Made by a program: the position numbers and the translations under genes. Below are positions 14,541 through 28,100 of a stretch of DNA of 64,000 bases, in pieces. The stretch is from assembly GCF_009914755.1 (NCBI RefSeq), contig NC_060933.1; one strand, given 5' to 3'. The notes under the pieces are model-generated. The model worked only from the letters and a program-made list of their open reading frames with translations, searched no databases and was not told the origin of the DNA. Position 1 is the first letter of the stretch. The number at the start of each line of letters is the position of its first letter. The DNA is from the human T2T-CHM13v2.0 reference genome, Homo sapiens.

Positions 14541-17500
14541 TCCGGATGATTCCATTCCATTGCATTCCATTCCATTCCATTCCCCTGCACTCGGGTTGAT
14601 TCCATTCCATTCCATTACATTACATTCCGTTCCATTCCATTCCATTCCATTCGGATTGTTTCTATTCAATTCCCTTACACTCCATTACATTCCATTCCAT
14701 TCGGGTAGTTTCCATTCCATTCCATTCCATTCCTCTCCATTCCATTGCACTCGGGTTGATTCCATTCCATTCCATTCCATTCCATTCCATTACATTACAT
14801 TCCATTCCATTCCGTTCCATTGTACTCGGGTTGATTCCATTCCATTGCATTCCATTCCATTCCATTCCATTCCATTCCGTTCCATTCCATTACATTCGGA
14901 TTGATTCTATTCAACTCCCTTACTCTCCATTACATTCCATTCCATTCGGGTTGTTCCATTCCATTCCATTCCATTCCACTCCATTCCATTGCACTCGGGT
15001 TGATTCCATTCCATTCCATTCCATTCCATTCCATTCCATTCCATTCCATTCCGGATGATTCCATTCCATTGCATTCCGTTCCATTACATTCCCCTGCACT
15101 CGGGTTGATTCCATTCCATTCCATTCCAGTCCATTCGATTTCGTTCCATTCCAATTCTTTCCATTCCATTGTATTCCGTACCATGCCATTCCATTCCATA
15201 CAATTCCATTCCATTCCATTCCACTCCGTTCCGTTCCGTTCCGTTCTGTTCCGGTCCATTCCATTCCATTCCATTCTATTCGGGTTAATTCCATTCCATT
15301 CCATTCGATTGCAATCGAGTTGATTCCATTCCATTCCATTCCATTCCATTCCATTCCATTCCATTCCATTCCTTTCCATTCCATTACGGATGATTCCATT
15401 CAATTGTATTCCATTCCATTCCATTCCCTTGTACTCGGGTTGATTCCATTCCATTCCATTCCAATCCATGCCATTCCACTCGTGTTGATTCCATTCTTTC
15501 CATTCCATTCAAGTTGAATCCATTCCATTGCATTCCATTCCATTCCATTCCCCTGCAGTCGGGTTGATTCCATTCCATTCCATTCCATTACATTCCATTC
15601 CATTCCGTTCAATTCCATTCCATTCCATTCCATTCTATTCGGGTTAATTCCATTCCATTCCATTCCGTTCAATTCCATTCCATTCCGTTCCAATCGAGTT
15701 GATTCCATTCCATTCCATTCCATTCCACTCCATTCCAGTCCTTTCCATTCCATTCCACTCGGGTTGATTCCAATGTATTCCTTTCCATTCCATTCTATTC
15801 CATTGCAATCGAGTTGATTCCACTGCTTTGCATTCCATTCCATTCCATTCCATTCCGGATGATCATTCCATTCCATTGCATTCCATTCCATTCCATTCCC
15901 CTGCACTCGGGTTGATTCCATTCCATTCCACTCCATTCCGTTCCATTCCATTCCATTCCATTGTATTCGGGTTAATTCCATTCCATTCCATTCCATTCCA
16001 TTCCATTCCATTACAATCGAGTTGATTCCATTCCATTCCATTCCATTCCAGTCCTTTCCATTCCATTCCACTCGGGTGGATTCTATTCTATTAGTTTCCA
16101 TTCCATTCCATTCCCTTCCATTCCACTCTGGTTGATTTCATTACTTTCCATTCCACTCGAATACATTCCCTCCTATTCCACTCGGAACGATTCCATTCCA
16201 TTCCATTCCATTCCATTCCATTCCATTCCATTCCATTCCATTCCATTCCATTCCATTCCATTCCATTGTACTCGGGTTGATTCAATTCCATTGCATTCCA
16301 TTCCATTCCATTCCATTCCATTCCGTTGCACTCCATTCCATTACATTCGGATTGATTCTATTAAACTCCCTTACTCTCCATTACATTCCATTCCATTCGG
16401 GTTGTTCCATTCCATTCCATTCCATTCCACTCCATTCCATTGCACTCGGGTTGATTCCATTCCATTCCATTCCATTCCGGATGATTCCATTCCACTGCAT
16501 TCCGTTCCATTACATTCCCCTGCACTCGCGTTGATTCCATTCCATTCCATTCCATTCCGTTGAATTCCATTCCATTACAATTCGTTCCATTCCATTCTAT
16601 TCCGTACCATTCCATTCCATTCCATACCATTCCATTCCATTCCATTCCATTCCATTCCATTCCATTCCATTCTATTCGGATTAATTCCATTCCATTCCAT
16701 TCCATTCCATTCTATTCCATTCCATTGCAATCGAGTTGAATCCATTGCATTTCATTCCATTCCATTCCATTCCATTCCATTCCGGAAGATTCCATTCCAT
16801 TGCATTCCATTCCATTCCATTCCCCTGCACTCGCGTTGATTCCATTTCATTCCATTCCATTCCATTCCATTCCATTCCGTTCCGTTCCATTCCATTCCAT
16901 TCCATTCAATTCCATTCCATTCAGTTCCGTTCCATTCCATTCCATTCCATTCTATTCGGGTTAATTCCATTCCATTCCATTCGATTGCAATCGAGTTGAT
17001 TCCATTCCATTCCATTCCATTCCATTCCATTCCATTCCTTTCCATTCCATTACGGATGATTCCATTCCATTGCATTCCATTCCCTTCCATTCGCCTGTAC
17101 TCGGGTTCATTCCATTCCATTCCATTCCATTCCAATCCATGGCATTCCACTCGTGTTGATTCCATTCTTTCCATTCCATTCAAGTTGAATCCATTCCATT
17201 GCATTCCATTCCATTCGCTTCCATTCGATTGCACTCGGGTTGATTCCATTCCATTGCATTCCATTCCATTCCATTCCATTCCATTCCATTCCATTCCATT
17301 CCGTTCCATTCCATTCCATTACATACGGATTGATTCTATTCAATTCCCTTACACTCCATTACATTCCATTCCATTCGGGTAGTTTCCATTCCATTCCATT
17401 CCATTCCTCTCCCTTCCATTGCACTCGGGTTAATTCCATTGCATTGCATTCCATTCCATTCCATTCCCCTGCACTCGCGTTGATTCCATTCCATTCCATT

Positions 17501-20500
17501 CTATTCCATTCCATTCCCTTCCTTTCCGTTCCATTCCATTCCATTCCATTCCATTCCGTTCCGTTCCATTCCATTCCATTCCATTCTATTCGGGTTAATT
17601 CCATTCCATTCCATTCGATTGCAATTGAGTTGATTCCATTCCATTCCATTCCATTCCATTCCATTCCTTTCCATTCCATTACGGATGATTCCATTCCATT
17701 GCATTCCATTCCATTCCATTCCCCTGTACTCGGGTTGATTCCATTCCATTGCATTCCAATCCATGCCCTTCCACTCGTGTTGATTCCATTCTTTCCATTC
17801 CATTCAAGTTGAATCCATTCCATTGCATTCCATTCCATTCGATTCCATTCGATTGCACTCGGGTTGATTCCATTCCATTGCATTCCATTCCATTCCATTC
17901 CATTCCATTCCGTTCCATTCCATTCCATTACATTCGGATTGATTCTATTCAATTCCCTTACACTCCATTACATTCCATTCCATTCGGGTTGTTTCCATTC
18001 CATTCCATTCCATTCCTCTCCATTCCATTGAACTCGGGTTGATTCCATTCCATTGCATTCCATTCCATTCCATTCAATTCCATTCCGTTCCATTCCATTC
18101 CATTACATTCGGATTGATTCTATTCAACTCCCTTACTCTCCATTACATTCCATTCCATTCGGGTTGTTCCAATCCATTCCATTCCATTCCACTCCATTCC
18201 ATTGCACTCGGGTTTATTCCATTCCATTCCATTCCATTGCATTCCATTCCATTCCATTCCCCTGCACTCGCGTTGATTCCATTCCATTCCATTCCATTCC
18301 ATTCCATTCCTTTCCGTTCCATTCCATTCCATTCCATTCCATTCCAATCCATTCCATTCCGTTCCGTTCCGTTCCATTCCATTCCATTCCATTCTATTCG
18401 GGTTAATTCCATTCCATTCCATTCGATTGCAATCGAGTTGATTCCATTCCATTCCATTCCATTCCATTCCTTTCCATTCCATTACGGATGATTCCATTCC
18501 ATTGCATTCCATTCCATTCCATTCCCCTGTACTCGGGTTGATTCCATTCCATTCCATTCCAATCCATGCCATTCCACTCGTGTTGATTCCATTCTTTCCA
18601 TTCCATTCAAGTTGAATCCATTCCATTGCATTCCATTCCATTCGATTCCATTCGATTGCACTCGGGTTGATTCCATTACATTGCATTCCATTCCATTCCA
18701 ATCCATTCCATTCCATTCCATTCCATTCCATTCCGTTCCTTTCCATTCCATTCCATTCCATTCCATTCCGTTCCATTCCATTCCATTACATTCGGATTGA
18801 TTCTATTCAATTCCCTTACACTCCATTACATTCCATTCCATTCGGGTAGTTTCCATTCCATTCCATTCCATTCCTCTCCATTCCATTGAACTCAGGTTGA
18901 TTCCATTCCATTGCATTCCATTCCATTCCATTCAATTCCATTCCGTTCCATTCCATTCCATTACATTCGGATTGATTCTATTCAACTCCCTTACTCTCCA
19001 TTACATTCCATTCCATTCGGGTTGTTCCATTCCATTCCATTCCATTCCGTTCCATTCCGGAAGATTCCATTCCATTGCATTCCATTCCATTCCATTCCCC
19101 TGCACTCGCGTTGATTCCATTCCATTCCATTCCATTCCATTCCCTTCAATTCCATTCCTTTCCGTTCCATTCCATTCCATTCCATTCCGTTCCGTTCCGT
19201 TCCATGCCATTCCATTCCATACTATTCGGGTTAATTCCATTCCATTCCATTCGATTGCAATCGAGTTGATTCCATTCCATTCCATTCCATTCTATTCCAT
19301 TCCATTCCATTCCATTCCATTCCATTCCTTTCCATTCCATTACGGATGATTCCATTCCATTGCATTCCATTCCATTCCATTCCCCTGTACTCGGGTTGAT
19401 TGCATTCCATTCCATTCCAATCCATGCCATTCCACTCCTGTTGATTCCATTCTTTCCATTCCACTCAAGTTGAAACCATTCCATTGCATTCCATTCCATT
19501 CCATTCCCCTGAAGTCGGGTTGTTTCCATTCCATTCCATTCCATTCCATTCCATTCCATTCCATTCCATTCCATTGCATTCCGTTCTGTTCCATTCCATT
19601 CCATTCCATTCTATTCGGGTTAATTCCATTCCATTCCATTCCATTCCATTCCATTCCAATCGAGTTGATTCCATTCCATTCCATTCCATTCCATTCCACT
19701 CCATTCCAGTCCTTTCCATTCCATTCCACTCGGGTTGATTCCAATGTATTCCTTTCCATTCCATTCCATTCCATTGCAATCGAGTTGATTCCATTGCTTT
19801 GCATTCCATTCCATTCCATTCCATTCCGGATGATTCCATTCCATTGCATTCCATTCCATTCCATTCCCCTGCACTCGGGTTGATTCCATTCCATTCCACT
19901 CCATTCCATTCCATTCCATTTCATTGCATTGTATTCGGGTTAATTCCATTCCATTCCATTCCATTCCATTGCATTCCATTACAATCGAGTTGATCCCATT
20001 CCATTCCATTCCATTCCAGTCCTTTCCATTCCATTCCACTCGGGTTGATTCCATTCTATTAGTTTCCATTCCATTCCATTCCCTACCGTTCCACTCTGGT
20101 TGATTCCATTCCTTTCCATTCCACTCGAATACATTCCCTCCTATTCCACTCGGAACGATTCCATTCCATTCCATTCCATTCCATTCTATTCCATTCCATT
20201 TCGTTCCATTCCATTCTATTCCGTATCATTCCATTCCATTCCATTCCATTTCATTCCATTCCATTCCATTCCATTCCATTCCATTGTACTCGGGTTGATT
20301 CAATTCCATTGCATTCCATTCCATTCCATTCCATTCCATTCCGTTGCATTCCATTCCATTACATTCGGATTGATTCTATTCAACTCCCTTACTCTCCATT
20401 CCATTCCATTCCATTCGGGTTGTTCCATTCCATTCCATTCCATTCCACTCCATTCCATTGCACTCGGGTTGATTCCATTCCATTCCATTCCATTCCATTC

Positions 20501-23500
20501 CATTCCGGATGATTCCATTCCATTGCATTCGGTTCCATTACATTCCCCTGCACTCGCGTTGATTCCATTCCATTCCATTCCATTCCATTCCATTCCATTC
20601 AATTCCATTCCATTACAATTCGTTCCATTCCATTCTATTCCGTACCATTCCATTCCATTCCATACCATTCCATTCCATTCCATTCCATTCCATTCCATTC
20701 CATTCCATTCCATTCTGTTCCGTTCCATTCCGTTCCATTCCATTCCATTCCATTCTATTCGGATTAATTCCATTCCATTCCATTCCATTCCATTCCATTC
20801 TATTCCATTCCATTGCAATCGAGTTGAATCCATTGCATTTCATTCCATTCCATTCCATTCCATTCCATTCCATTCCGGAAGATTCCATTCCATTGCATTC
20901 CATTCCATTCCATTCCCCTGCACTCGCGTTGATTCCATTCCATTCCATTCCATTCCATTCCATTCCGTTCCGTTCCATTCCATTCCATTCCATTCCATTC
21001 CATTACGTTCCGTTCCATTCCATTCCATTCCAGTCTATTCGGGTTAATTCCATTCCATTCCATTCGATTGCAATCGAGTTGATTCCATTCCATTCCATTC
21101 CATTCCATTCCATTCCATTCCATTCCATTCCATTCCGTTCCATTCCATTCCATTACATTCGGATTGATTCTATTCAATTCCCTTACACTCCATTACATTC
21201 CATTCCATTCGGGTAGTTTCCATTCCATTCCATTCCATTTCTCTCCATTCCATTGCACTCGGGTTGATTCCTTTCCATTGCATTCCATTCCATTCCATTC
21301 CATTCCATTCCGTTCCATTCCATTCCATTACATTCGGATTGATTCTATTCAACTCCCATACTCTCCATTCCATTCCATTCCATTCGGGTTGTTCCCTTCC
21401 ATTCCATTCCATTCCACTCCATTCCATTGCACTCGGGTTGATTCCATTCCATTCCATTCCATTCCATTCCATTCCGGAAGATTCCATTCCATTGCATTCC
21501 ATTCCATTCCATTCCCCTGCACTCGCGTTGATTCCATTCCATTCCTTTCTATTCCGTTCTATTCCCTTCCTTTCCGTCCCATTCCATTCCATTCCATTCC
21601 ATTCCATTCCATTCCATTCCGTTCCGTTCCATTCCATTCCATTCCATTCTATTCGGGTTAATTCCATTCCATTCCATTCGATTGCAATCGAGTTGATTCC
21701 ATTCCATTCCATTCCGTTCCATTCCATTCCATTCCTTTCCATTCCATTACGGATAATTCCATTCCATTGCATTGCATTCCATTCCATTCCCCTATACTCG
21801 GGTTGATTCCATTCCATTCCATTCCTATCCATGCCATTCCACTCGTGTTGATTCCATTCTTTCCATTCCATTCAAGTTGAATCCATTCCATTGCATTCCA
21901 TTCCATTCGATTCCATTCGATTGCACTCGGGTTGATTCCATTCCTTTGCATTCCATTCCATTCCATTCCATTCCATTCCATTCCGTTCCATTCCATTACA
22001 TTACATTCTGATTGATTCTATTCAATTCCCTTACACTCCATTATATTCCAATCCATTCTGGTTGTCTCCATTCCATTCCATTCCATTTCACTCCATTCCA
22101 TTGCGCTCAGGATGATTCCATTCCATTCCATTCCATTCCATTCCATTCCATTCCATTCCATTCCATTCCGGATGATTCCATTCCATTGCATTCCGTTCCA
22201 TTACATTCCCCTGCACTCGGGTTGATTCCATTCCATTCCATTCCATTCCATTCGATTCCATTCCATTCCAATTCTTTCCATTCCATTCTATTCCGTACCA
22301 TTCCATTCCATTCCATACAATTCCATTCCATTCTATTCCACTCCTTTCCGTTCCGTTCTGTTCTGTTCCGTTCCATTCCATTCCATTCCATTCTATTCTG
22401 TTTAATTCCATTCCATTCCATTCCATTCCATTCCATTCCATTCTATTCCATTCCATTGCAATCGGGTTGAATCCATTGCATTCCATTCCATTCCATTCCA
22501 TTCCGGAAGATTCCATTCCATTGCATTCCATTCCATTCCATTCCATTCCATTCCATTCCATTCCATTCCATTCCATTCCATTCCATTGTACTCGGGTTCT
22601 TTCCATTCCATTACATTCTATTCCATTCCATTCCATTCCATTCCATTCCGTTCCGTTCCATTCCATTACATTCGGATTGATTCTTTTCAACTCCCTTACT
22701 CTCCATTACATTCCATTCCATTCGGGTTGTTCCATTCCATTCCATTCCATTCCACTCCATTCCATTGCACTCGGGTTGATTCCATTCCATTCCATTCCAT
22801 TCCATTCCGGATGATTCCATTCCATTGCATTCCGTTCTATTACATTCCCCTGCACTCGGGTTGATTCCATTCCATTCCTTTCCATTCCATCCGATTCCAT
22901 TCCATTCCCTTACACTCGCGTTGATTCCATTCCATTCCATTCCATTCCATTCCATTCCATTCCATTCCATTCCTTTCCGTTCCATTCCATTCCATTCCAT
23001 TCCATTCCAATCCGTTCCGTTCCATTCCATTGCATTCCATTCTATTCGGGTTAATTCCATTCCATTCCATTCGATTGCAATCGAGTTGATTCCATTCCAT
23101 TCCATTCCATTCCATTCCAGTCCTTTCCATTCCTTTCCATTCCATTACTGATGATTCCATTGGATTGCATTCCATTCCATTCAATTCCCCTGTACTCGGG
23201 TTGATTCCATTCCATTCCATTCCAATCCATGCCATTCCACTCGTGTTGATTCCATTCTTTCCTTTCCATTCAAGTTGAATCCATTCCATTGCATTCCATT
23301 CCATTCGATTCCATTTGATTGCACTCGGGTTGATTCCATTCCATTGCATTCCATTCCATTCCATTACATTCCATTCCGTTCCATTCCATTTCATTACATT
23401 CAGATTGATTCTATTCAATTCCCTTACACTCCATTATATTCCAATCCATTCTGGTTGTTTCCATTCCATTCCATTCCATTTCACTCCATTCCATTGCACT

Positions 23501-25129
23501 CGGGTTGATTCCATTCCATTCCATTCCACTGCATTCCATTCCATTCCATTCCATTACATTCGGATTGATTCTATTCAATTCCCTTACACTCCATTACATT
23601 CCATTACATTCGGGTAGTTTCCATTCCATTCCATTCCATTCCTCTCCTTTCCATTGCACTCGGGTTGACTCCAATCCATTCCATTCCATTCCATTCCATT
23701 CAATTCCATTCCGTTCTATTCCATTCCATTACATTCGGATTGATTCTATTCAACTCCCTTACTCTCCATTACATTCCATTCCATTCGGGTTGTTCCATTC
23801 CATTCCATTCCATTCCACTCCATTCCATTGCACTCGGGTTGATTCCATTCCATTCCATTCCATTCCATTCCGGATGATTCCATTCCATTGCATTCCGTTC
23901 CATTACATTCCCCTGCACTCGGGTTTATTCCATTCCATTCCATTCCATTCCATTCCATTCCATTCCATTCCATTCCATTCCATTCCCCTGCACTCGCGTT
24001 GATTCCATTCCATTCCATTCCATTCCATTCCATTCCATTCCATTCCTTTCCATTCCAGTCCTTTCCATTCCATTCCACTCGGGTTGATTCCATTCTATTA
24101 GTTTCCATTCCATTCCATTCCCTTCCATTCTACTCTGGTTGATTCCATTGCTTTCCATTCCACTCGAATACATTCCCTGCTATTCCACTCGGAATGATTC
24201 CATTCCATTCCACTCCATTCCATTCCATTCCATTCCATTCCATTTCTTTCCATTCCATTCTATTCCGTATCATTCCATTCCATTCCATGCCATTCCATTC
24301 CATTCCATTCCTTTCCATTCCACTCGTGTTGATTCCATTCCTTTCCATTCCATTCGGTTTCAATGTATTCCAATCCATTCCATTCCATTCCATTCCATTG
24401 CATTCCATTCCATTCCATTCCATTCCATTGTACTCGGGTTGATTCCATTCCATTGCATTCCATTCCATTCCATTCCATTACATTCCGTTGCATTCCATTC
24501 CATTACATTCGGATTGATTCTATTCAACTCCCTTACTCTCCATTTCATTCCATTCCATTCGGGTAGTTTCCATTCCATTCCATTCCATTCCACTGCATTC
24601 CATTGCACTCGGGTTGATTCCATTCCATTCCATTCCATTCCATTCCATTCCGGATGATTCCATTCCATTGCATTCCGTTCCATTACATTCCCCTGCAATC
24701 GCGTTGATTCCATTCCATTCCATTCCATTCCATTCAATTCCATTCCATTACAATTCGTTCCATTCCATTCTATTCCGTACCATTCCATTCCATTCCATAC
24801 CATTCCATTCCATTCCATTCCATTCCATTCCATTCCATTCCATTCCGTTCCATTCCGTTCCATTCCATTCCATTCCATTCTATTCGGATTAACTGCATTC
24901 CATTCCATTCCATTCCATTCTATTCCATTCCATTGCAATCGAGTTGAATCCATTGCTTTTCATTCCATTCCATTCCATTCCATTCCATTCTGGAAGATTC
25001 CATTCCATTGCATTCCATTCCATTCCATTCCCCTGCACTCGCGTTGATTCCATTGCATTCCATTCCATTCCATTCCATTCCGTTCCGTTCCGTTCCATTC
25101 CATTCCATTCCATTCCATTCCGTTCCGTT

Positions 25130-28100
25130 CCATTCCATTCCATTCCATTACATTCCATTCCGTTCCGTTCCATTCCATTCCATTCCATTCTATTCGGGTT
25201 AATTCCATTCCATTCCATTCGATTGCAATCGACTTGATTCCATTCCATTCCATTCCATTCCATTCCATTCCATTCCATTCCTTTCCATTCCATTACTGAT
25301 GATTCCATTCCATTGCATTCCATTCCATTCCATTCCCCTGTACTCGGGTTGATTGCATTCCATTCCATTCCAATCCATGCCATTCCACTCGTGTTGATTC
25401 CATTCTTTCCATTCCATTCAAGTTGAATCCATTCCATTGCATTCCATTGCATTCGATTCCATTCGATTGCACTCGGGTTGATTCCATTCCATTGCATTCC
25501 ATTCCATTCCATTCCATTCCATTCCATTCCGTTCCATTGCATTCCATTACATTCGGATTGATTCTATTCAATTCCCTTACACTCCATTACATTCCATTCC
25601 ATTCGGGTAGTTTCCATTCCATTCCATTCCATTCCTCTCCATTCCATTGCACTCGGGTTGATTCCATTCCATTCCATTCCATTCAATTCCATTCCGTTCC
25701 ATTCCATTCCATTACATTCGGATTGATTCTATTCAACTCCCTTACTCTCCATTACATTCCATTCCATTCGGGTTGTTCCATTCCATTCCATTCCATTCCA
25801 CTCCATTCCATTGCACTCGGGTGGATTCCATTCCATTCCATTCCATTCCATTCCGGAAGATTCCATTCCATTGCATTCCATTCCATTCCATTCCCCTGCA
25901 CTCGCGTTGATTCCATTCCATTCCATTCTATTCCATTCCATTCCTTTCCTTTCCGTTCCATTCCATTCCATTCCATTCCATTCCATTCCGTTCCGTTCCA
26001 TTCCATTCCATTCCATTCTATTCGGGTTAATTCCATTCCATTCCATTCGATTGCAATCGAGTTGATTCCATTCCATTCCATTGCATTTCATTCTATTGCA
26101 TTCCTTTCCATTCCATTCTGTTCCATTCCATTTCATTACATTCAGATTTACTCTATTCAATTCCCTTACACTTCATTATATTCCAATCCATTCTGGTTTT
26201 TTCCATTCCATTCCATTCCATTGCATTCCATTCCATTCCATTCCGGATTATTCCATTCCATTGCATTCCATTCCATTCTATTCGCTGCACTCGGGTTGAT
26301 TCCATTCCATTCCATGCCATTACATTCCGTTCCATTCCATTCCATTCCATTCGGATTGATTCTATTCAATTCCCTTACACTCCATTACATTCCATTCCAT
26401 TCGGGTAGTTTCCATTCCATTCCATTCCATTCCTCTCCATTCCATTGCACTCGGGTTGATTCCATTCCATTCCATTCCATTCCATTACATTACCTTCCAT
26501 TCCATTCCGTTCCATTGTACTCGGGTTGATTCCATTCCATTGCATTCCATTCCATTGCATTCCATTCCATTCCATTCCATTCCGTTCCATTCCATTCCAT
26601 TACATTCGGATTGATTCTATTCAACTCCCTTACTCTCCATTACATTCCATTCCATTCTGGTTGTTCCATTCCATTCCATTCCATTCCACTCCATTCCTTT
26701 GCACTCGGGTTGATTCCATTCCATTCCATTCCATTCCATTCCATTCCATTCCATTCCATTCCGGATGATTCCATTTCATTGCATTCCGTTCCATTACATT
26801 CCCCTGCACTCGTGTTGATTCCATTCCATTCCATTCCATTCCATTCGATTCCATTCCAATCCAATTCTTTCCATTCCATTCTATTCCGTACCATGCCATT
26901 CCATTCCATACAATTCCATTCCTTTCCATTCCACTCCGTTCCGGTCCGTTCCGTTCCATTCCATTCCATTCCATTCTCTTTGGTTTAATTCCATTCCATT
27001 CCATTCCATTCCATTCCATTCTATTCCATTCCATTGCAATCGAGTTGAATCCATTGCATTCCATTCCATTCCATTCCATTGCGGAAGATTCCATTCCATT
27101 GCATTCCATTCCATTCCATTCCATTCCATTCCATTCCATTCCATTCCATTCCATTGTACTCGGGTTGATTCCATTCCATTGCTTTCCATTCCATTCCATT
27201 CCATTCCATTCCATTCCATTCCATTCCGTTCCGTTGCCTTCCATTCCATTACATTCGGATTGATTCTTTTCAACTCCCTAACTCTCAATTACATTCCATT
27301 CCATTCGGGTTGTTCCATTCCACTCCATTCCATTCCACTCCATTCCATTGCACTCGGGTTGATTCCATTCCATTCCATTTCATTCCATTCCATTCGATTC
27401 CATTCCGGATGATTCCATTCCATTGCATTCCGTTCCATTACATTCCCCTGCACTCAGGTTGATTCCATTCCATTCCATTCCATTCCATTCCATTCCATTC
27501 CATTCCATTCCATTCCATTCCATTCCCCTGCACTCGCGTTGATTCCATTCCATTCCATTCCATTCCATTCCATTCCATTCCATTCCATTCCTTTCCATTC
27601 CAGTCCTTTCCATTCCATTCCATTCGGTTGATTCCATTCTATTAGTTTCCATTCCATTCCATTCCCTTCCATTCTACTCTGGTTGATTCCATTCCTTTCC
27701 ATTCCACTCGAATACATTCCCTGCTATTCCACTCGGAAAGATTCCATTCCATTCCATTCCATTCCATTCCATTCCATTCCATTCCATTCCATTTCGTTCC
27801 ATTCCATTCTATTCCGTATCATTCCATTCCATTCCTTGCCATTCCATTCCATTCCATTCCATTCCATTCCACTCGTGTTGATTCCATTCCTTTCCATTCC
27901 ATTCGGTTTGAAGGTATTCCAATCCATTCCATTCCATTCCATTCCATTCCATTCCATTCCATTCCATTCCATTCCATTGTACTTGGGTTGATTCCATTCC
28001 ATTGCATTCCATTCCATTCCATTCCATTACATTCCGTTGCATTCCATTCCATTACATTCGGATTGATTCTATTCAACTCCCTTACTCTCCATTTCATTCC

